From Eledone cirrhosa (Eukaryota): DNA of 64,000 nucleotides. Positions 29,115 to 41,218 of the stretch are shown here, one piece after another. The DNA is taken from contig OZ024746.1 of NCBI GenBank assembly GCA_964016885.1, positions 6,820,001 through 6,884,000 on the forward strand. The letters run 5' to 3'. A program made the translations under genes and the position numbers. Every line of letters begins with the position of its first letter. Position 1 is the first letter of the stretch. Under the pieces are notes generated by a model. It ran no database searches and was not told the DNA's origin. It saw only the letters and a program-made list of their open reading frames with translations.

Positions 29115-30990
29115 CATGGAACTTTTTTAACCATCTTTTAATTTCTTTTTATATATATCTTTATATATTTATATATATATATATTTAATTTTTTTATCAA
29201 GCAGGGAAAAGCGGACGTAAAATGATGATGATATATATATATATATATAAACATATATATCATCATCATCACCATTTTACGTCCATTCTTTATATTTTTG
29301 TTTATATATATGTTTATATATATATATATATATATATACGTTATTCCGGGTTGAATCGGAGGTAACCACAGTAAGTAAGGTACTCAATACATTGCAGAGT
29401 ATAAAAGTTTTAATATAGATGAGATTCTACAGGACTAGAACTGTTTCATTCTTTAGAAATCATCAGGAATCTCCTAATGATTTCTAAAGAATGAAACAGT
29501 TCTAGTCCTGTAGAATCTCATCTATATTATATATATATATATATATAAACATATATGTGTGTGTGTGTGTGTGTATTATGTAGACTTTAAAAAGATATTA
29601 TGCCAATAAGAAATCATGCCAGATTTTGTTTATGCTAAATTTTAACAGCTGAAGCATAAATAAGTTATATGTTGATATTACAGAAGGTACTTAACCATTG
29701 ATAATTACCATATTTTCTGGAGTTCAACATTATACTTTTTCCTAAAATAAGTTTTTTCAAAATTTACTATGCATCCTAGAAGACAACAAACGTTACATTT
29801 TTCAGAAGATAATTTTAACCCAAGAAGTGGGTTATCTCTGCCAGACAACAATTTGAACTCCTGTATAAGATCTTTGAATCATTATCATCATCATTGTTTT
29901 TACGTCCATTCTTCCATGCTTGCATGGAAGAATGTTGTAATCAGGCAGAAGCACTCAACGTCATGAATTCCACAAGGTATTATGTATATGGTATCAGACG
30001 AAGTATCAATATTTTCCATTATGCCATCCTATTATGCATATTGCAAAGGGAACGCTGAGATGTAAATACATCTTTCACGGCAGCAGATCAACATAAGCAA
30101 ACTTTATTCTTATTTAAACTTCCTGTCTGATAATATCAATTGAATAATTATTAAATAATGACCTTTCTGTACCTTTAAAATGTGCATAACAGGATAACGA
30201 ATGGAATAAAATGATGTTGAATATGTGACACCATCCCTTTTCCTTTTCTTAATATGATAATAATAAGGGTTCTATTTGAGTGTTCTTTACAAATCAAAAC
30301 ATCAGATATATCAAAACCCATTGATCAAGATAGTTCTTCTTTACTCCATTGAGTCCTTTACAAATATTTTAAGTATGAAGTATTTTTAGATGTCCTGAAA
30401 AGATTTATTTAATTATTAATTTTATCACAGTGATGCCCCAGCATGGTCTCTGTCAGATGGCGGGAACAGGTAAAAGAGTAAATGAGTAAGAGTAATCATA
30501 ACATGAACTGATTTTAAATTGTTTTACTACTAATTTTTAAATTGTAGTTCATTAAGTGAATTGTAGTTCATGTAGTTCATTAAGTGAATGTTTGTGATTG
30601 AATGACAGAAGATTCTCAGTTCTTCCTTCAACCTTTTGGTTTCCCTCCTTACTGAATATATTTCAAACAATATTGAGCTAAACTCTGATCAGTGACTGAT
30701 AATGACAGAAGGGAATTTGGATTTGCCAATATATTTCAGTTAGAATCACATATGTGTCAGTTAACATTAACTTAATCTCTGAATATAAGAATGCAGTAGA
30801 CTCTGTAAAGTGGTCAGCATTATAAAGGGCTTCCAACTGTAGAAACAATGCCAAAATATGAAAAATATGGACAAGAGATGGTTCTCTGACCAGTTTAATC
30901 TTCTAATCTTGGTCCATGACAAGACATTTATCTCATGCCAACATGGAAAGTGGATATAAAATGATGATAATATGAATAACGAATTTCAAA

Positions 30991-31763
30991 TCTGTATATA
31001 TATAAAATTACGTGTGTGTGTGTGTGTCTGTGTATTACCTATAGGGGCCTACATCTTACGACCGATTTTCATGAAACTTTACAGGCTCATAGATTAGTCA
31101 TCGAGGAGTGTTTTATTCCGGGGTCATTCTGCAGATAAAAATCGATAGGGGGGTCACCTTTTTTTAGGTATCAAAAAATAAAATTTTTGGCTCTAGCTCC
31201 CACATTTTGCCACCGATTTCGTTCAAATTTTAAAGCAAAATAGAATTTATCATTGCACATCCTGTAATAGCTTTATATTTTGCATTTGTTGTTCAGGGAC
31301 GGTGTGGCAGCCGCTTAACTATTCAAAAATACCACTTTTAGACTCATATTTCCACTTTTTTGGCTCTAGCTCCCACATTAATCAACCTACTTTGTTCAAA
31401 TTTTACACTACGCTAGATCTGATTATTTCACGTCTTAAAGTGGCTTTACATTTTGGATTCTTTTGTTCAGGAACGGCATGGCAGCCGCTTAAATATTCGA
31501 AAATACTACCTTTTCACTCAAATTTCCGCCTTTTTGGCTCCCACATTTTTCAACCGATTTCGTTCAAATTCGAAACTCCCTCTCTCAGCATGCCCCTTCA
31601 TCAGTCACCCACGTTACTCAGTGATAGAGGTCATCACCACCCTCCCCCGCATGGCCTGTGTGTCCATAGATGAGTCATCGAGAAGCAGTCGCAAAGATCA
31701 ACACCTTTTCATCAAAGCAGATATTATTTTACCTACCCAAACAACGCTGGGTACTGCTGCTAG
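30991..31763 (+). mobile_element. Non-autonomous Helitron
   Basis: A|TC start, 5' (TA)/(TG) microsatellite, internal ~140-bp subrepeats, 3' hairpin accca…tgggt, and CTAG|T end. Confidence 0.75.
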
Positions 31764-33233
31764 TATTTAATATATACGATTGCATGTGTATGTGTCTGTA
31801 ATGTATCATCATTTTACATTATCAATGAAACATTGAACCCAAACATAGAATGGAAGATAGGAGATAGAAAAAATAGAAAATAGAAAATTCGGGGACCATC
31901 TGCAAGCTAACAGCAAATTAGCAGGCTGTCCCCAAATCAAATCAGTCCACAATTTTTTATTTTCTATTTTTTTTATCTCCTATTTTCTATTCTATGTTTG
32001 GGTTCAATGTAATCCTGTTACATAATTCTGCAAATAACACCTGATGAAATCACCTAGTCTTGCATCATGATGATGGAGCTGAGCCATCGAAATATGTAGA
32101 GTGCTATCGCAAAAATTAAATGGAAACAATTAAGTACAATGAAGAAATATATTAGTTTAACACAAAATTTTTAATATTTTGGACACTAGTCCTTCATCAG
32201 AATATAACATGAAAAATGAAAGAAGGAATAGAAGATAGAGAATGAGAAAAAGAAGAAATGGAAAGACATTTTTTGGAGAAGCATATATGTGCTCAGTCAT
32301 ATGTATGTGTGTGTGTGTGTGTGTATATATCATCATCATCATCGTTTAACGTCTATCTTCCACGCTAGCATGTAAATGTGGTTGGCATTAGGAAGGGCAT
32401 CCAGCCATAGAAAACCAGCCAGAAACAGTTCTATACGAGCGAGACACAGTCATCCGACCAATCTTGCATCAAGTGGGACAAACCCGTCTAACCCATGCTA
32501 GCGTGGAAGATGGACGTTAAATGATGATGATGATATATATATTTCTTCACCATACTGTGTCAGTTGCTTTGTTATTTCTGTTTACTTTTTACATATATAT
32601 ACACACACACATACATATATATATATGTGTGTGTGTGTGTGTGAATGGTTATCTCTCTTATATATATATATATATATATAATCATCATCATCATCATCAT
32701 CATCGTTTAACGTCCATCTTCCACGCTTGCATGGGTTTGGACGGGAGTTTTCCCACTTGAGACAAGATTGGTTGTCTTGCTCGTATAGGACTGTCTGGCG
32801 GGTTTTCTATGGCTGGATGCCCTTCCTAACACCAACCACGTTTACAGTGTGGACTGGGAGGTTTTTACCGTGTTACCTACACGGCCACATTACAGCGTGG
32901 ACTGTGTGTTTTTTTGTCGTGACACCTACACGATATATATATATATTTATAAATATAAATATATATATATATTTATAAATATAAATATATATATATATAA
33001 ATATATATATATAAATATAAATATAAATATATAAATATAAATATATAAATATAAATATATAAATATAAATATTTATATAAATATATATACATATATAAAT
33101 ATATATATAAATATATATACATATATAAATATATATATATAAATATATATTTATAATATATCTATACTATATATATATATAAATATATATTTATAATATA
33201 TCTATACTATATATACATCTATACTATATATGC

Positions 33234-36200
33234 ATCCCAACACACCCTGCCATTACCCCACCACCACTGTTCTTCTAGCCCTCAATTTTCCCACCGTTAT
33301 GGATGGATGAGCTGAGAATACATTTGAGCAACTCTGAATCAATAGATGAAATATGAATCTGCGAGCTACCAAGCACCCACGTGAAGCGCCAACCCAGAGA
33401 CCCTCCCCTACGAGTGTCGACAAATGCCCAAAACTCCGAGTTGGTACCATCAATGTAGGCTCAATGAAAGGAAGAGCAGGAGAAATCGTAGAAATGCTAG
33501 AGCGAAAGGAAGTTGATGTATGCTGTGTGCAAGAGACTAGATGGAGAGGAGGGTCTGCTAGAGTCCTTGTAGGAAAAAGCCAGTGCTACAAATTTTTCTG
33601 GGTGGGAAATGACGATGGGATGGGTGGTGTAGGTATACTACTAGCTGACAAGTGGGTAGATAAAGTAATCTCAGTGTACAGGGTAAATGCAAGAATCATT
33701 AAACTCAGACTAGTCCTGAATAAGACAATTACCACAATAATATCAGCTTACGCACCCCAATCGGGGCTGCCAGACGAACTTAAGGATAGGTTTTACGAGT
33801 CCCTAATACACACTACTGCTCTAACAGACGACAAGGACTTCCTAATCATTGCAGGAGATTTTAACGGACATGTAGGTAAACACTGCGACGGCTTCAATAG
33901 AGTACATGGAGGCCATGGAGTTGGCACAAGGAATGAGGAAGGATTCAGACTTCTAGAATTCTGCGACGCCAATGACATGTCGATATGTAACACAAACTTT
34001 AAAAAACCCGACAACCACCTGATCACCTATAGATCAGGGGAGCACTCTAGTCAGTTAGATTTTATCCTCATCAGAGGACGTGACAGATGGACGGTCGTAA
34101 ACACAAAAGCCTTCCCTAGTGAGGAATGTACATCCCAACATAGCTTAGTTGTCAGCGACCTCACAGTCAGAACTAGACGAGCCCTGAAACAGAGGCCAAC
34201 CTGGAGAAGAAAGATCTGGAAGCTGAAAGTCCCCTCAACCAGTAACAGATTTAAAGATATTTTACTCAACGCCTACGACAGTAAAGAAGAACAGATAGAG
34301 ACATTTAACGTAGAAGAGAACTGGGAGTTCCTAAAAAATAACTTACTAGAGGCGACGGATGAGGTTTGTGGCTGGAGTAAGACCTCAAGCAGGAGGAGAG
34401 TGACTTGGTGGTGGAACAATAAGGTAGATGAAGCAGTCAAGGCCAAGAGACAGGCATGGAAAGAATGGAAGAACGGGGGGAGCAGGGTACATTACATAGA
34501 GACCAAGAGGGAAGCTAGGCGACAAGTATACTTAGCTAGGAGGGAAGCAGAGGATAGAAAATTCAAGCATGTTCTACAACGTGAGGACCAGAAACAGGAG
34601 GTATTCAAGATTGCGAGGCAGTGTGTCAGAGATAGTTGTGATGTCATTGGAGAGAAGTGTATCCGGAATGATAAAGGTGAGCTTGCCCTCACAAGTGCTG
34701 AGAAGAAAGATGCATGGAAGAGTCATTATGATAGATTACTAAATGAGGAGAATGCATGGGAAGAAGAGACCCTACCCCAGGTAGACCCTATAGAGGGACC
34801 AGCAGTACAAGTCAGCGGCAGCGTAGTAAGTAAGGCAATCAGAGATATGAAGATGGGGAAAGCAACCGGTCCATCGGGTATAGCTGCCGAGATGCTGAAG
34901 GCATCTGGGTCTGTAGGTCACACTATAACCACACGTATCGTTAACCAGGTAATACTAGAAGGGGCCATACCAAAAGATTGGTGCAGTAGCATCATTGTCA
35001 ACTGCTACAAAGGTAAAGGCGATGCACTAGATAGAGGAAACTATAGAGGTATAAAGTTGATGGACCAGGTCATGAAAGTAACAGAAAGAGTTATAGCACA
35101 GCTGATTAGGGACCGGGTGAATATAGACGAGATGCAATTTGGGTTTGTACCAGGGAGAGGCACCACTGATGCCCTCTTCCTTGTGAGGCAATTACAGGAA
35201 AGTACCTAGCTAAAAGTAAGCCACTCTACTTGGTATTTGTCGACCTTGAGAAAGCCTTTGACAGAGTTCCACGTGCAGTAATCTGGTGGGCTCTTAGAAA
35301 ACTAGGAGTAGATGAATGGCTTGTATAGGGGAGCAGTCAGCAAAGTTAGGATTAGCAATGAGTATAGCGAGGAATTTAGCGTACAGGTTGGGGTCCACCA
35401 GGGCTCTGTTCTTAGCCCTCTCCTGTTCATCATAGTCCTGCAGGCAATAACGGAGGAGTTTAAGACCGGATGCCCATGGGAACTCCTGTATGCTGATGAC
35501 CTCGCACTCATAGCTGAATCTATGGTAGAACTAGAGAATAAATTCCAAACCTGGAAGCAGGGACTAGAGAGAAAGGGCCTCAAAGTCAACATGACAAAGA
35601 CTAAGGTCCTTGTAAGTAGATAAGAAAACAGAACCCAGATCCCCTCAGGGAAATGGCCTTGCTCAGTATGTAGGAAAGGTGTAGGTAGGAACTCCATTCT
35701 CTGCCCCAAGTGCAAACAATGGGTACACAAGAGATGTAGCGGGATCTCAGGAAGCTTAATTAAGAATGTAGGATTCACATGCAGCAGCTGTGCTGAAACA
35801 GCAAGCAAACAGCCACAGGAAACAAGTACCACCAATCTCTGGGAGGGCTCTGTAGAAACAGTAGACAGCTTCTGCTACCTAGGTGACCGAATTAGCAACG
35901 GAGGTGGGTGCTCAGAAAGTACAATAACTAGGGTAAGAACGGGATGGAAGAAGTTTAGGGAACTACTACCACTGCTAGCTGCAAAAGGCTTCTCCCTCAG
36001 AATGAAAGGCAGACTGTATGATGCGTGTATCCGAACAGCGATGTTGCATGGTAGTGAGACCTGGGCGCTGAAGGTGGAAGACTTACGTAGATTAGAGAGA
36101 AACGAAGCCTGCATGCTCCGATGAATGTGTAACAGTAATATACGTGAACGACAAAGCATAAAGGAATTGAGAGAGAGACTGAGCATAAGAGGAATCAAAT

Positions 36201-36746
36201 GCTGCGTGCAGGAGAGGCGGTTACGCTGGTATGGACATGTGATGCGTATGAAGGATGACAGCTGCATAAAAAGGTGCAGAGCACTAGAAGTTGATGGAAA
36301 CCGCGGAGTGGGGAGACCCAAGATGACTTGGGATGAGGTGATAAAAGCCGACCTTACCCAACTACACCTCTCAAAGACAATGACACACGACCGTGACTTC
36401 TGGGGTCACGCAGTAATACAGGGTACCCGACCTCCCATGGGTACATGCTGAAGCATATAAACAATATGCCCCCACTCCCCCCACCGCAAGGTGGTCATGG
36501 AGGTGCCACGGCAAAAAAGCACCCAGCCCACACTGTAAAGTGGACGTGTAGGCGCCACGAAAAAGCACCCAGCACTCACTGTAAATGAGGTTGGTGTTAG
36601 GAAGGGCATCCAGCTGTAGAAATCAAGCCAAATCAGTTCCTGTATGAGCAAGGCATGGTCAGCCGACCAGACACTGCCCACAACAGGACAACCCGTCTAA
36701 CCCATGCTAGCGTGGAAGAACGGACGTAAAACGGTGATGATGATGA
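33234..36746 (+). mobile_element. Near full-length RTE-clade LINE (AP endonuclease + RT + PHD-like finger), inactivated, with long 3' UTR and (GAT)n tail
   Basis: APE motifs (VCCVQETRW, SAYAPQ, IAGDFNGHVG, QLDFIL, SQH) and RT motifs ([47 protein letters not shown]). Frameshift near 35200, small deletion near 35325, stops near 35621 and 36122. Confidence 0.93.
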
Positions 36747-37174
36747 TATATATATATAGGAATAAGACAATATAAACAGAAATAAGACAAGATATTGTTT
36801 GTGTTTAAACTCCAGAAAGTATTGCACTACATGTTAACCAAAGCAAGCAGCGCAGCTGACAACAGAAATAATAGAACATGTTTATAAGAAACTGATATAA
36901 AAGCTGCAATAGCTGAGGTTTGGATTCAACACCATCAGAGAATATTAAAAACTGTCAGTTAATCAGATTGGGTTGGGAATGAGGGGGTAATGTTGGTTAA
37001 TAACGCCACCTATGGCTTAAAAAAGATAGATAGGTGGGATGCAAGATGTGGATAGGAGAGAGATGTACGTAGCTGTACCATCATCATCTCTTCCATTGTC
37101 CCCCACCCTTCAACCCATTTCTCACACTCACTACACACACACTCACTACACACACACACACACACATATATAAA

Positions 37175-38163
37175 TCATCATCATCATCATCGTTTAACAT
37201 CTATTTTCCACGCTATCATGGGTTAGTCCCATTAGAGGCAAGTTGGGTCGAGCGACCATGTCTCACTCATATAAGACTGTTTCAGGCTAAATGCCCTTCC
37301 TAACGCCAACCACATTTACAGTGTGTGCTGGGTGCGTTTTGCCGTGTCTCCTACACGACCACTTTACAGTGTGGGCTGGATGTTTTTGTGATAACCACAT
37401 AACTTTACAGAGTAAGGGTGGTGTGGGCAGAAGTGGGAGGGTGGTGTAGGGGTGTGGGGTGTGTCATATTGGATTAAGAAGTGCCTACTGAGTATGTTTG
37501 AGTCCATGCGCAAGGGCAGGCGGATCTTCTGTATTACTGCATAGCACCAAAGATCTCGATCCTGTATCATTGTCTTTGAGAGGTGCAAATGTGCAAAGTC
37601 ACCTCATTCCATGACTTTCTGGGTCTTCCCACTCCATAGCTACCATTAATTTTGATCGCCCCGCACCTTTTTATGCAGCTGTCATCCTTCATAAGCATCA
37701 CATGACCATACCAACCCAATCTCCTCTCTAGTATACTGCATCTGATCCTTCTTATGCATAATTTCTCAGTTCATTTACATTTTGCCGTTTGCGTATATTA
37801 CTGTTACATATTCAGCATGCTTTCATTTCTTTCCAATCTGCACAAGTCTTCTGCAAACAGCGGTCATGTCTCACTACCATGCAACAATGCTGTTTGTATA
37901 TAAGCATCGTACAACCTACCTTTCATTTTTAGAGAGAAACCTTTTGTGGACAACAGCGGTATTAGCTCTCTGAATTTTTTCCATCCTATTCTAACTCTGG
38001 CTACTGTACTTTTAGAACACCCTCCTCCACTGCTGATTTTGTCACCCAGGTAACGGAAAGTGTCTACTATTTCTATAGAACCATCTGAGCAATTGAAGGA
38101 ACTAGTATCAACTGGGCACTTGCTACTCACTGCACCTGAGCATCGGCCACATATAAAACTTAC
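37175..38163 (-). mobile_element. Older 5'-truncated RTE LINE with long 3' UTR
   Basis: CGRC…[19 protein letters not shown]…GRLYDA with frameshifts. Same UTR type and (GAT)n tail. Confidence 0.85.
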
Positions 38164-38167
38164 TTAT

Positions 38168-38503
38168 ATCATCATCATCATTTTACGTCCACTTTTCCCT
38201 GCTTGCAAGGGTGGGACGGGAACTGATTCTGGCTTGATTTCTACAGCTGGATGCCCTTCCTAACACCAACCTCATTTACAGTGAGTGCTGGGTGCTTTTT
38301 TGCCGTGGCACCTCCATGACCACTTTGCAGTGGAATGATAGGGAACCCAGTCCCTATCATCTCATTTCTACAGCTGAGTAAACTGGAGCAATGTGAAATA
38401 AAGTGTCTTGCTCAAGGAAACAACACATCACCCGGTCTGAGAATTGAACTCACAACCTTTCGATTGCAAGGCCAATGCTCTAACCACTAAGCCATGTGCT
38501 TCC
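38168..38503 (-). mobile_element. Same SINE family, full length
   Basis: Near-identical reverse complement of 52551-52889. Confidence 0.85.
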
Positions 38504-38921
38504 ATACACACACACACACACACACACACACTATAAAGTGGTTGTTGTTAGGTAGAACATGAAGCCAGATGTAGTCACCTGACTTGTTTAACCTCAGAGT
38601 ATGCACAACACAATCTGTTTAACCATGGAAACCATAAGCATGGAAAATAGACATTAAACAGTGATGATGATATATCTATAGACTGAGGGGGAGAGAGAGA
38701 GAGAAGGTAAGGATATAGGAGAGACAGACAGAAAGGGTGTGGATATGAGAGAGGTCAAGATATCCTTACAATAAAAGTGAATAACTGAAAGTTTTTAAAT
38801 TCCTGAGTGTATTGGGGTCAACAAGTGTAAAAAGGTTTGCAAGACATTCTGAGATTCAATACAGTTATACGTACAAGATGGCGACGAGAGTAGGAGTAAG
38901 CAGAACTATCGATGGTATATA

Positions 38922-38952
<31 letters not shown>

Positions 38953-40227
38953 GCAAGCAGGGAAAAGCAGACGTATGATGATGATGATGATCATGATATA
39001 TACACCTCTAAATATTTCTATTCATATTTTTGTGTTTTTTAGATATGACCTACAAGACACATTCTTTATATTACTTGGATAATGTAAGTAAATAGATTAC
39101 ATTCTATCACAATTGGGAATCATTTTACTAGCAAATGTGTAAATGTGGGCACTGCTTTTGTTCTTTTGCAGTTCTTTAATTTTTTTTTATTACTGTAAAG
39201 TACATTGCAATGTTACTGTTGAAAATCTGAAATTCTGTTTTAATTTTGCAATATTTAGAATTTTAGATATGCTGAAGAATACTAAGTTTTAACTGGCAGG
39301 TTGAGTCTCATGCTCATTTCTAACATTTAACAGATTTATTAATTTTTCATTCCTCTCTTCTTCCTTCTTCAACGTTCGGTAATCAGAAGAAGGGAGGTAG
39401 GTGTAAAAGCCAAACTCACTATCAGAGATCACTCCAAGTAGAGCTGTTACTTCTCCAAATTGAGAGATATTATGGACATGTGGTTAGAATGTCTTAGAAA
39501 AGAATCACTGGATATATTTTATGGGCAAAAACCAACTGGTTGGAGACCGAGGGGTAGACCCCAAGCAAGATGGTTGGATAACATTCATGAGCTTGGCTGG
39601 TCATTCTTGGGGATCCAGCCAGATCAGTGTGTATGTGTGTGTGTTAAGAAGAACAAGTTTACTGCAATATATTTTCCTCTTCGCTGTCAAACTTTAGAAA
39701 AGTGTCGCAATAGCAACAAGAGTGGAACAATACAAATAAACATACAAACTAAGGTGAACAGTATCGGTAAAACTAAACTAAAAGAAAAACAACACGACTA
39801 TACGCAATATCAAAAAATGTCACCTTCTGATTGCAATTTGGACAGATACAAGGAATTGAATGTTCTTATCAACAAATATAAATAAAAAGAAGTATTTTGT
39901 AAGATGACAGAGAGAGACAGAAGATTAAAAAAACAAAAGAAGTAAATTGTTATTTGCTCTATTGCTGTCAAATTTTACAATAAACAGTGAATAGAGTAAT
40001 TTTGCTGACCAGTTAAAATCTAGTTATAGCCTAAGTAGAAAATGTATAAAGTTGTTAAAAGTTGCTATTACTATTTCTTGTTTTCATTTTTTTAATGTAT
40101 GTATGTGTATGTATGTATGTGTATGTACGAATGTATGTTTGATCATTTATGTATGAATGAGTATGTATGTATATAAGCATGTATGTATTATGTACGTATG
40201 TACAAATACATGTATGTATATACTTAC

Positions 40228-40275
<48 letters not shown>

Positions 40276-41218
40276 GTAAGTACATATGTATATACAAATG
40301 TATGTACGTATGTACATATATACAAATGTATGTATGTACATACGTATGTATATATAAATGTATGTATGTATATATAAATGCATGTATATATAAATGTATG
40401 TATGTATATACAAATGCAGGTATGTATGTACAAATGCATGTATGTATTGTACATACGTATTTATATACAAATGTATGTATGTACAAATGCATATATGTAT
40501 GTATATACATATGTATATACAAATGTATGTATGTATTCGTAATGTCTATATATATTGATATGTTGGCAAGAGTATCATTTTATAACAATAAACCAAAGCC
40601 AGGCAGAAAACAACTGAATCATCATCATCATCATCATCATCATCGTTGAAATAAAATTCTGAATTCGGTTGTCTTAGCTTCTTGAAAATTTCCCATCAAG
40701 ACAGACGAGGAAGGCTGGAGTAGATGTTCCCAATGTTGGAAACAATGTTCTCTGTGTAATGTAGGAAGGAAAGGAATATGTAAAAATGGCCACAGACACC
40801 ACTTCCCCGCTTCCATACACCTCCCACATCATAACATTCCACCCTCATCCTGACATCCCACTCTTCATCCATTTCCCTGTATCTCCACCCTTCACCAGAT
40901 AAGTTCCCCAACCTAGATCTACCTCTCCAATTCCTAAGTATCAACCCCCACCCCAGCTCCCAGTGCATGCTGTAAAGTGGTCGTTTTGGTGCCACAACAA
41001 AAAAGCACCCAGAGCACATTATAATGTGGTCATGTAGATGTTATGTAGGTGACATCGACAAATTCCCCTCGCAAGGTATTGATCAACCTAAGTCTGTAGT
41101 AGAAAGAACTTGCTCAAGGTGCCATACACTGAGACTGTACCTGAGGCCACATGCTTGTGAAATGAACTCCTTAACCACATGGCCATGTATTTAAATATTA
41201 TACAGATCCTATTTTGCT

